Virus record (IMG/VR): IMGVR_UViG_3300037468_000575 | Location: 64,001 to 88,932 of that record | Length of the DNA: 24,932 bases | Strand: one strand, 5' to 3' | Source of the DNA: a virus | Lineage: Duplodnaviria; Heunggongvirae; Uroviricota; Caudoviricetes | Shown here: piece after piece, positions 8,016-14,944 of the stretch | How the letters are laid out: the number at the start of each line of letters is the position of its first letter | Numbering within the stretch: position 1 is the first letter of the stretch | Program-made: the position numbers and the translations under genes | Notes under the pieces: model-generated | What the model was told of the DNA's origin: nothing | Database searches by the model: none | What the model saw: only the letters and a program-made list of their open reading frames with translations

Positions 8016-9519
8016 CTTGTATTAAATACCTGTCTTTTGAATTTTTTAAAAGTTCTTTAGGCGAAATCTTTTTAATTTGTTGATCATTTTCATCATATAC
8101 AATTAGTGAATGATCATATGAAGACCAAAAATCTTCAAATCTATTTTTTGAATCATGTATCTTATACATTTCAATATTTTCATGTTTACTATATTCTAGT
8201 ATTTGTTTTTCTTTAGTTTTTCCATCTATTATATCAATAGATTTTATAAAAAGTTTTTCTATTGGGTTGTATTTTGTAACCATTATATTATTATTTTCTT
8301 CCTTTTTAGTTAATATAAATCTTTCTTTAGAAAGAAAATCTTTAATATGACACTTTATATTTTGTTCTGTTTTTGCATAGATAATAGAACATAGGCAGCT
8401 GTCTCCATCAAAATCCGCATTAAAACCACCAACTTGTAATGTGCAAATTTGAATAGTATTTCCTCGAACTAATTTTACATAAAATGCTCGAATAGATTCT
8501 GCATGAAGAACAGGATCTCTTTTTGCTAAAACAACACGATTCATGGTTGCAACTTCTGTTTCTCTATAAAGTAATTCAAATAAAGAATCAGGAATTTTAT
8601 CATCACTTCTAATTAATTTAAATACCTTTTTTATACTATCAATAGAAAGTTCCATATTTGTAAACGACTTAATTTCATGCGCTAATAACTCTTTACTTAC
8701 TCTTCCAGAATAAAGAAGTCTATGTAAGATAAAAGGTTCAAATAAACTAATAGCCATTCGAAATGGAAGACCAATTTCATTAACCTTTAGATCAGGTCCT
8801 GGAGTAATAACCGCTCTACCAGAGAAATCGGTTCTCTTTCCGAGAATTTGAGATCTAATTAACCCATGTTTCTTCTGAATTAACGCTCTAATATAATCAT
8901 CATGTTCTATAACAGACTTTTGTACTTCATAATTTAAAAGATCAAATAAAGGTCCAGATTTAGACATAGTTTTGACATTTAATGATTTTTTCAAGATTGT
9001 GATGTAATAGTTATTTAAATTATCAATAACCCATTGACCTTTCTCATCTTGATATAAAGGTCTTTGATCTGGAGGAATTACAGGGATAATATTAACAAAT
9101 AAAGTTCCTTCTTTATTTGCTTCTTCTAGTTTCTTAATATATTTATCTCTAGAGTCAGTTCCTCCTCTAAATTTAATGGATGGAAATAACGTAATAAAAG
9201 CATTGATACCAGTGGATCCTTTATCATTTTGAACTAAGTGGTTATCCGCATCCAGACTAAAGCTTTGTTGTCCAGATAGAAATAATTCTATTCGTTTATC
9301 TAGTTGTAAGAGCAGTTTTAAAGCACTTGGGTGAACTACACTAACATTAAGATTAATATACGAAAAAGTTCTCTTTCTATTTGGAGTCTCAACTGGGCCA
9401 AAAATGACTTCTGAAAACAACCCACCTTGATGAAATTCTCCAGTACGAGTTAACATTTCTGTAGTGGTAACTGGCGTTAGTCCTTTTACGAAACTTTTCC
9501 AGTTTAAAAAATATATCAT
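8002..9519 (-). CDS. rpoC: RNA polymerase beta' N-terminal fragment (373 aa, ending in NADFDGD) fused to a 132-aa split-intein N-part (IntN)
   Basis: GLFSEVIFGP, IPVIPPDQRPL, GLIRSQILGKRTDFSGRAVITPGPDLKVNEIGLP, AKRDPVLH, GGFNADFDGD (codons 8421-8401 for NADFDGD), then non-RNAP sequence to the TGA at 8004-8002. Confidence 0.95.
   Translation of the reverse strand: MIYFLNWKSFVKGLTPVTTTEMLTRTGEFHQGGLFSEVIFGPVETPNRKRTFSYINLNVSVVHPSALKLLLQLDKRIELFLSGQQSFSLDADNHLVQNDKGSTGINAFITLFPSIKFRGGTDSRDKYIKKLEEANKEGTLFVNIIPVIPPDQRPLYQDEKGQWVIDNLNNYYITILKKSLNVKTMSKSGPLFDLLNYEVQKSVIEHDDYIRALIQKKHGLIRSQILGKRTDFSGRAVITPGPDLKVNEIGLPFRMAISLFEPFILHRLLYSGRVSKELLAHEIKSFTNMELSIDSIKKVFKLIRSDDKIPDSLFELLYRETEVATMNRVVLAKRDPVLHAESIRAFYVKLVRGNTIQICTLQVGGFNADFDGDSCLCSIIYAKTEQNIKCHIKDFLSKERFILTKKEENNNIMVTKYNPIEKLFIKSIDIIDGKTKEKQILEYSKHENIEMYKIHDSKNRFEDFWSSYDHSLIVYDENDQQIKKISPKELLKNSKDRYLIQDATK
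8005..8400 (-). other. Split intein N-terminal part (IntN, 132 aa) starting SCLCSIIYAK
   Basis: Starts with Ser/Cys directly after NADFDGD and contains a block B-like FWSSYDHSLIVYD (S-x-x-H in place of T-x-x-H). Its length is typical of IntN fragments. Block A match is weak. Confidence 0.8.
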
Positions 9520-9521
9520 AA

Positions 9522-9980
9522 TTAGTCTAATCCATATAAATAGTTTTGAAGTTTGGCCATGATTTTTTGTTGAAAGTCTGATTTTTGTCTATCGTCAACC
9601 CTCGCTTGTTCGTCAGTCCCTTTCGAATGCATAGCATATATATCGCCAATTTTTGTCATAACTTCTTCAAGTTCAGGACCATTAAACTGTCCAGATTGAT
9701 TCATTTTTTGAGCTAGTTTTAATGAAAATTTTATCATAAATGGATCCTGAAGCCCCATGCGATTACAAATTGGAAAGAAAGGAATTTCGCGTCCTCTGCC
9801 TTTAAATGTTAAATAACATTCAGGATTACGTCCATATAATTCATCCTGTAATTGTTTACTTCGCAGAAATTCCAATTTCTTTCCTTCATCTTCTTCATAC
9901 CCAATTGACTCACTAGCTTTTCGCAGAAGTTCATTCAATTTAGCAAAAGTCTTTTCATTAATTGCTTGTTTCTTTGACAT
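9522..9980 (-). CDS. Hypothetical protein (152 aa) coupled to beta'-N
   Basis: Strong RBS AGGAGG upstream; stop lies 2 nt before the beta'-N ATG. Confidence 0.8.
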   Translation of the reverse strand: MSKKQAINEKTFAKLNELLRKASESIGYEEDEGKKLEFLRSKQLQDELYGRNPECYLTFKGRGREIPFFPICNRMGLQDPFMIKFSLKLAQKMNQSGQFNGPELEEVMTKIGDIYAMHSKGTDEQARVDDRQKSDFQQKIMAKLQNYLYGLD

Positions 9981-10037
9981 AACTATATCCTCCTATTGGA
10001 GATCCTTATTTTATAATTTGTTCTAGATAGATATCCT

Positions 10038-11486
10038 CTAGAAATCTTTATTCATTAATGCCTCCATATCCTTAATTTCTTTTTCAAATTGATCTGCAAA
10101 ATAATAAGTAAAGAAATGAATCATATCTATTTCTAACTTAGACAATGCAATTCCAGATAATTTTTTTCCATCAAGAATATTACATAATTGAATTCTCGAA
10201 AATCTACCAATAAAATTACATAATACTGTATGAGGAACGATTTTTGTAGAAAATCCAAAAAAGGTCGTAATCTCATTCTTCAACTCTAAATAATATTCAT
10301 AATTTTTAATCTTGTATGTTGTTGTAATTGAAGGTGGATTTAATGGATAATATTCTAAATAAGAAAATAACGTTTTATATTTTCCTCTAAACACTTCACT
10401 CAATAATTCTTTTGTATAAATTGAAAGTACTGCAGAATGTTCTGGAGAAATGGTTTTGAAATGAGAATATGGAATTTTTGTAACTCTTGAAAGAATTGGA
10501 TAAACCAAAAATTCACACAATGGAGAAATAAACTCTGCTGTAGTCATTCGATTATGAAAATCTATAATATACAAATCATTAGCTTGAGTTTCAGACTTCA
10601 TACTCGGAACATTTTCTTTTTCTAAAATCTCATAAATTTTATCATAAGCAATCTGTTTTAATCTTCCTAATGTATCATTATAACTATAGGTTTTTAAATT
10701 ATCTACATTCTTTCCTTGAATATCTTCAGTTGAAATACTATCATCATATACAATAGATCCTTTATAAACAGATCTTAAGAACCATTTTACTGATTCGTCG
10801 ATAACTCCAACAAAATATGTAATTGGATTTTTATCTTCTTCGCATAGAACTAAAATATTATTCATAATAAAATTAAAAATTTCAATAACATGCACACCAA
10901 TATCTTTACATTGAATTGTTTTAATATAGTCCCACATAAACTTGTCAGACATACTATATTTAAATGTTTTGGTCTTAACTATATTAAATATTTTATAAAT
11001 AACCTCAGAATCAGAAACATCTGAGGCAATTTGATTATACAATTCCTTATGAACTTTTTGACCAAGTTTTAAATTCTTGTTATTAAAAATAAAAGAATAA
11101 ATTTTTAAATATGATGATAATCTTATAATCCTTTCAATTTCATCTGCTACAAATAAAATCGAATTTGCTTTTACTTTACTCGTATTCACAAATATACCAT
11201 AATCTAAATTTTTTGACGTTATATAATCATTAATAAAACGTTTTAAAACTGGAATGTTATCCGAAATAACTTTCGGTCTTACGACTGGGTCTTCGCAAGT
11301 TTTTAAGAGACTCGTAAACCATAGATCAAATTCATCTCCACAAAAGGTTGATACTCTCAATACAAATTCTGTGACAAGTGAGAATTTGTTTGTAATTGAA
11401 GATGGAATTAATTCTATAAGAATTGGTTCTTCATTATTATACGTCAACGACCATTGTTTTGCTTTATTCTGTTCAAATTGTATCAT
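10038..11486 (-). CDS. Hypothetical protein (482 aa); possible highly diverged sigma-like promoter-specificity subunit
   Basis: ORF with GGAGG RBS heading the RNAP gene cluster. The segment IEIFNFIMNNILVLCEEDKNPITYFVGVIDESVKWFLRS is weakly reminiscent of sigma region 2.2-2.4. The CDS is confident; the function is speculative. Confidence 0.6.
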   Translation of the reverse strand: MIQFEQNKAKQWSLTYNNEEPILIELIPSSITNKFSLVTEFVLRVSTFCGDEFDLWFTSLLKTCEDPVVRPKVISDNIPVLKRFINDYITSKNLDYGIFVNTSKVKANSILFVADEIERIIRLSSYLKIYSFIFNNKNLKLGQKVHKELYNQIASDVSDSEVIYKIFNIVKTKTFKYSMSDKFMWDYIKTIQCKDIGVHVIEIFNFIMNNILVLCEEDKNPITYFVGVIDESVKWFLRSVYKGSIVYDDSISTEDIQGKNVDNLKTYSYNDTLGRLKQIAYDKIYEILEKENVPSMKSETQANDLYIIDFHNRMTTAEFISPLCEFLVYPILSRVTKIPYSHFKTISPEHSAVLSIYTKELLSEVFRGKYKTLFSYLEYYPLNPPSITTTYKIKNYEYYLELKNEITTFFGFSTKIVPHTVLCNFIGRFSRIQLCNILDGKKLSGIALSKLEIDMIHFFTYYFADQFEKEIKDMEALMNKDF

Positions 11487-11517
11487 TCAAAATCCTCCAA
11501 AGCGTTATTGTGTAAAG

Positions 11518-11530
11518 TTATATATATAGA
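11518..11530 (-). promoter_or_regulatory. Candidate promoter element TCTATATATATAA upstream of the RNAP cluster
   Basis: The same 11-mer TCTATATATAT occurs at 14934-14924. Both copies sit in intergenic DNA ahead of a gene cluster. Confidence 0.35.
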
Positions 11531-11555
11531 CAAAAATTCTATCCAAGAAACAAAC

Positions 11556-11595
11556 AAAAAAAATCTAGGTTGAGTGCACCCACAAACAACCTAGA
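11556..11595 (-). terminator. Rho-independent terminator ending the accessory cluster
   Basis: Perfect 9-bp arms TCTAGGTTG (11564-11572) and CAACCTAGA (11587-11595) with an inner GTG/CAC pair, followed on the minus strand by T8 (11563-11556). Confidence 0.8.
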
Positions 11596-11630
11596 AGAAC
11601 TATAAAGTGATATGGAATCTTGGGTGAAAA

Positions 11631-11700
11631 ACTCTAGACCGATTCATAAATCTAAAGTGGGAGCTTACATTTGGTCTCTAGACGCTCCCCGATCTAGAGT
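11631..11700 (-). other. Putative structured RNA/DNA element (multi-stem inverted repeats with three TCTAGA sites)
   Basis: Minus strand: ACUCUAGAUC pairs with GGUCUAGAGU (10 bp including one U-G), enclosing GGGAGC/GCUCCC and GAUU-UAUG-AAUC stems. Confidence 0.45.
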
Positions 11701-11752
11701 AGAGGTTTTGATAGATAATCACACCACATAATGAATAACACGTTCTCCTGAG

Positions 11753-12403
11753 TTAGGACCCGACGTTCGCTCGTAGAACCTCTTCTCTCATCGTTTTGTA
11801 TGATTGCATAGCGATTTTGCATATGTAAGCATAGACACCGAATTTATACGCTATATTCGCCTCTTGGATAGTATGATATTGTGTACAGGTATCCGAGTAC
11901 TTCTTGAACTGAGTCATTAACCATAGATACTGCTCTTCTGTCGCATTTCTTCCATACTCTATGGCTTCTTTGTCTGTGCATATATCAATCTGAAGTCGTA
12001 TCAATTTGCGCGGTCGACATGAAACGGAACAATCAACTCTATCTACAAGAGAATGTGTCGAAGTTGTAAAGATAGTAATAGAAATGCCGTCTATCAATAG
12101 ATTTGTTTCTTGCGACAATTTTTCGATCCCACCAGAAAGGATGTTTTTAATCGCTCTCTCCAAGCGCCATTTGCTTTGCAGAATACTTGCTATGGGAATA
12201 AGATCTGAGGTCGCTCCGTAGAGGTTGCAGATCACCTTATCCACAACATTATTTAAGTCAACTGGTATAATATACATGTTGACTTCAATCGAAACAACAC
12301 GGCGCTCCATGAGATTATAAAACTTGGTTAGTTGTTCTTGTATGGCAGTTCTATAATATTCTTCCAGACACCACTTTTTATTCAATTCGATTTCAGGATT
12401 CAA
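11753..12403 (-). CDS. Hypothetical protein (216 aa), member of a local paralogous family (one domain plus EAIEYG tail)
   Basis: RBS AGGAGA. Shares motifs with 12437-13513 and 13890-14324 (LEEYYRTAIQ...RRVVSI, SLVDRVDC, EAIEYGRNAT). Confidence 0.8.
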   Translation of the reverse strand: MNPEIELNKKWCLEEYYRTAIQEQLTKFYNLMERRVVSIEVNMYIIPVDLNNVVDKVICNLYGATSDLIPIASILQSKWRLERAIKNILSGGIEKLSQETNLLIDGISITIFTTSTHSLVDRVDCSVSCRPRKLIRLQIDICTDKEAIEYGRNATEEQYLWLMTQFKKYSDTCTQYHTIQEANIAYKFGVYAYICKIAMQSYKTMREEVLRANVGS

Positions 12404-12436
12404 AGATATTCTCCTTTTTCTAAAATGGTTTCAATC

Positions 12437-13513
12437 CTACGAACACACACTTCTAAAAGCTTTCCCGTTGGCTTGTTGAATTGCTATATCACACATGGCT
12501 ACATGGTGGTTGTATCGTTTAGTCTTTATGAATACCTCTTTTTGATACCGCGCGCGTTCAGCGCTCTCCTTCTCACGAAGCTCTTTGATCAATGTGATTT
12601 CTTCTGGTGTAGCATGTTTTCCGTATTCGATGGCTTCGTCCGTTGTGCCTTCCATATCGAACAAGCGATACTCTTTAGATTCAAATGGGGTCACTACTAA
12701 TTCCACTCGATCTATTGAAGAGTACGTATGCTTCACAACCATAAAAATCTGGATATCGAGAAGCTGTACATTGACATTTTCAAGCTTGTAAATCTGACTT
12801 GACACAATCTTGTTGATATCGGCTGCCAGTTTCTTGAGCTGAACAGCATAAACGTATAGGTAGTCACCGGAAATATCACACGCCACTTTTCCGACAACAT
12901 ACTTCAAACTGGGTGGAGCGGTTATGCAACCATGGACGCGAATTCCCGTAACTATTCTGCCTGTATCGTTCAAAAAGCTGGAGATTGCGTCCTGGATTCT
13001 TTGCTTGTAGAGTATTTCGACGTTGTTCTTTACCATCCATTGTTGCATCGATACAGAGGGCTTCATGACGTTTGAAACTACAGGTGGTGTAGATGAAAGT
13101 TTCGTAACCTCACAGGTAACCCGGTCTACAAGGGAAGTCGTATTGCAAGCGAATATGTTCACGTCAATTCTTTTGATCAAGAGATTTGCTTCGTCTTTCA
13201 GAACTTGGAGTCCACTCTGAAGAACGCTTCTGATAGCATCTTCAAGAACCCACTTTGCTTGCAAAATCTCGTTTGAACTCAATTTATCCTTCCCATTTGA
13301 GATCCCTGCATTACACAGAACTTTAAATACGTGATAATGCGGTCCTTCATTGACATCGTCAAGTTTATGCATTATAACCTGAATACCCAAAATACGCCGT
13401 CCTGTTTTGTCGTCAAAAGACTTTAGGTGATATTGTATTGCCTGTCTATAAACGTCTTCCAGATGTTGCTTTTCATCATACATGTCTGTCTTTACTCCTT
13501 TTATGGTTTTCAT
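12437..13513 (-). CDS. Hypothetical protein (358 aa), paralogous family member with two domain copies plus EAIEYG tail
   Basis: LEDVYRQAIQ...GRRILGI...SLVDRVTC, second copy VEILYKQRIQ...GRIVTGI...SSIDRV, tail EAIEYGKHAT. Confidence 0.8.
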   Translation of the reverse strand: MKTIKGVKTDMYDEKQHLEDVYRQAIQYHLKSFDDKTGRRILGIQVIMHKLDDVNEGPHYHVFKVLCNAGISNGKDKLSSNEILQAKWVLEDAIRSVLQSGLQVLKDEANLLIKRIDVNIFACNTTSLVDRVTCEVTKLSSTPPVVSNVMKPSVSMQQWMVKNNVEILYKQRIQDAISSFLNDTGRIVTGIRVHGCITAPPSLKYVVGKVACDISGDYLYVYAVQLKKLAADINKIVSSQIYKLENVNVQLLDIQIFMVVKHTYSSIDRVELVVTPFESKEYRLFDMEGTTDEAIEYGKHATPEEITLIKELREKESAERARYQKEVFIKTKRYNHHVAMCDIAIQQANGKAFRSVCS

Positions 13514-13515
13514 GG

Positions 13516-13818
13516 TTAGATATTCGCATCGATTGTCGTATGGGGATTACCAACCCCATCATTATCCCGAACAAAGCATTGCAGATTCATTCTCAATGGA
13601 TTATCAGAGAATCCTTTTCGTTGATTCATATCGAAACCTGACCAAAGTGCAGCTCTATGAAGATCAGGTGTACTAATTACAAGAGCTACACCTTGCCCGT
13701 TAGTAACTGCAAGTCTTGAATCTGTATATTTTCCTTTACATTTTCCGCATTGACAAGACCTCAGTTTGTAATCCAACGCCAGAATATCACCGCAAGATGT
13801 ACAGTATATTAACTTCAT
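13516..13818 (-). CDS. Small zinc-ribbon protein (100 aa)
   Basis: CTSCGD...RSCQCGKC; RBS GGAGG upstream; stop lies 2 nt before the next ATG. Confidence 0.75.
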   Translation of the reverse strand: MKLIYCTSCGDILALDYKLRSCQCGKCKGKYTDSRLAVTNGQGVALVISTPDLHRAALWSGFDMNQRKGFSDNPLRMNLQCFVRDNDGVGNPHTTIDANI

Positions 13819-13889
13819 CCTACCTCCGCAAAATAAGTTAATTCAATTTAGCCGCCGGTAAACGGTTCGTTTGTCAGAAGAATCCTACA

Positions 13890-14324
13890 TTATCCACAGT
13901 ATGTTTTGCCTGATGATGGATACATTTCATACGTGGTTAATTTAACATGATCAATGAGACTTGCATGTGATGTTGAAAACATGATAATAGAAATATGTTC
14001 AAGCCTTATGTTAGACCCATCATCTTGAATGCAGTTTTGTACCCGACAGAGCACATTATAGATCTGTTCTTCCATCTGCTTCTTGACAAGCAGATCATCT
14101 TGCTCAAGAGAGAAAGTTGAATGCATGCGAATTCCCAGCTGGCAATACACTCTATCGATTATGCGAACCTTGTGTTCTGCATTTGAAACCATGGATACTG
14201 TAATTCCATAAACTGCTCTATTCGTTCTACGAATGAACCCGTCGATCACGTTTTGAATTGCACCTGCACAATATTTTTCTAGTTCCTGTCTTTTAGCTAC
14301 TTGTTCTTGAAGTGTTGAGTACAT
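13890..14324 (-). CDS. Hypothetical protein (144 aa), single-domain member of the paralogous family
   Basis: LEKYCAGAIQ...NRAVYGI...IDRVYC and FSTSHASLIDHV match the neighbouring paralogs; AAGGA RBS. Confidence 0.75.
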   Translation of the reverse strand: MYSTLQEQVAKRQELEKYCAGAIQNVIDGFIRRTNRAVYGITVSMVSNAEHKVRIIDRVYCQLGIRMHSTFSLEQDDLLVKKQMEEQIYNVLCRVQNCIQDDGSNIRLEHISIIMFSTSHASLIDHVKLTTYEMYPSSGKTYCG

Positions 14325-14362
14325 TTTCGTTTTCCTTTTTGTTTAAGGTTAATAAACACACC

Positions 14363-14467
14363 CTACCACGGATAATCGGCTACACCACCATTGACTGAAT
14401 AAAATCCCTTTTGTCCACAGAAATAAAACTCGGTATACATCACCGAGCAGTAATACAGTCCTTGCAT
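14363..14467 (-). CDS. Small ORF (34 aa, MQGLYYCSVMYTEFYFCGQKGFYSVNGGVADYPW)
   Basis: Below the ORF-track cutoff. AAGGAG 7 nt upstream of ATG; fills the gap between co-oriented genes; TAG stop. Confidence 0.45.
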   Translation of the reverse strand: MQGLYYCSVMYTEFYFCGQKGFYSVNGGVADYPW

Positions 14468-14528
14468 TTTAATTCTCCTTCTGTTAAATGTTTAACTATT
14501 TAGGTTTCCGCACTTTAATCTTCACTTC

Positions 14529-14807
14529 TTATGATTTTTGACTCTCGTTCTTTCCAGATCTTGGCCATTGTTTATATAGGACTGTTAAATCGATCATCTG
14601 TTTCTTAGGTACAGAACGGATTCTTTTGGTCTTAGCATTAATCCTTGTAACTTTACCGACTAATCTCCCACTTGAATTTTGATTGATCCAGTCAACGTTG
14701 ATAGGATCGCATTCATATTTCACAACTAGACCCTTTCGATTCGTCGAATGAATTTTAGTTTGGCGGGTCAAGCGGTTATACTCTTCCAAAATTTCTTTAG
14801 TCTTCAC
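14529..14807 (-). CDS. Basic hypothetical protein (92 aa)
   Basis: GTG start with GGAGG RBS; first gene after the 14808-14944 intergenic gap. Confidence 0.7.
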   Translation of the reverse strand: MKTKEILEEYNRLTRQTKIHSTNRKGLVVKYECDPINVDWINQNSSGRLVGKVTRINAKTKRIRSVPKKQMIDLTVLYKQWPRSGKNESQKS

Positions 14808-14920
14808 CTTCGATCCTCCGTTTATTTCTGCTTTTTGAGAGTTGATAGATCAATCATGATAGTTGATTTCGAATTGCATAACGATCAATTTAAAAACCTT
14901 CGGGAAACCATCTTCAACAA

Positions 14921-14934
14921 TTAATATATATAGA
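14921..14934 (-). promoter_or_regulatory. Candidate promoter element TCTATATATATTAA upstream of the accessory cluster
   Basis: Shares TCTATATATAT with 11530-11520; intergenic. Confidence 0.35.
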
Positions 14935-14944
14935 TGGCTTATGA

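Noticed and set aside
6940-8016. Split caused by sequencing or assembly errors in a contiguous intein
   Set aside because: This would need two independent errors (a frameshift and a stop). The AGAGGA RBS correctly spaced before the IntC ATG and the coupled overlaps favour a real split. Read-level checking is still advisable.
795-9519. Cellular rpoBC locus
   Set aside because: Order is reversed, there are no rplKAJL or rpsL neighbours, the subunits are trimmed, and baseplate genes and homing endonucleases are on the same segment.
11631-11700. tRNA, hammerhead ribozyme or known riboswitch
   Set aside because: No T-loop, anticodon arm or CCA pattern, no CUGAUGA/GAAA core, and no riboswitch consensus I recognise.
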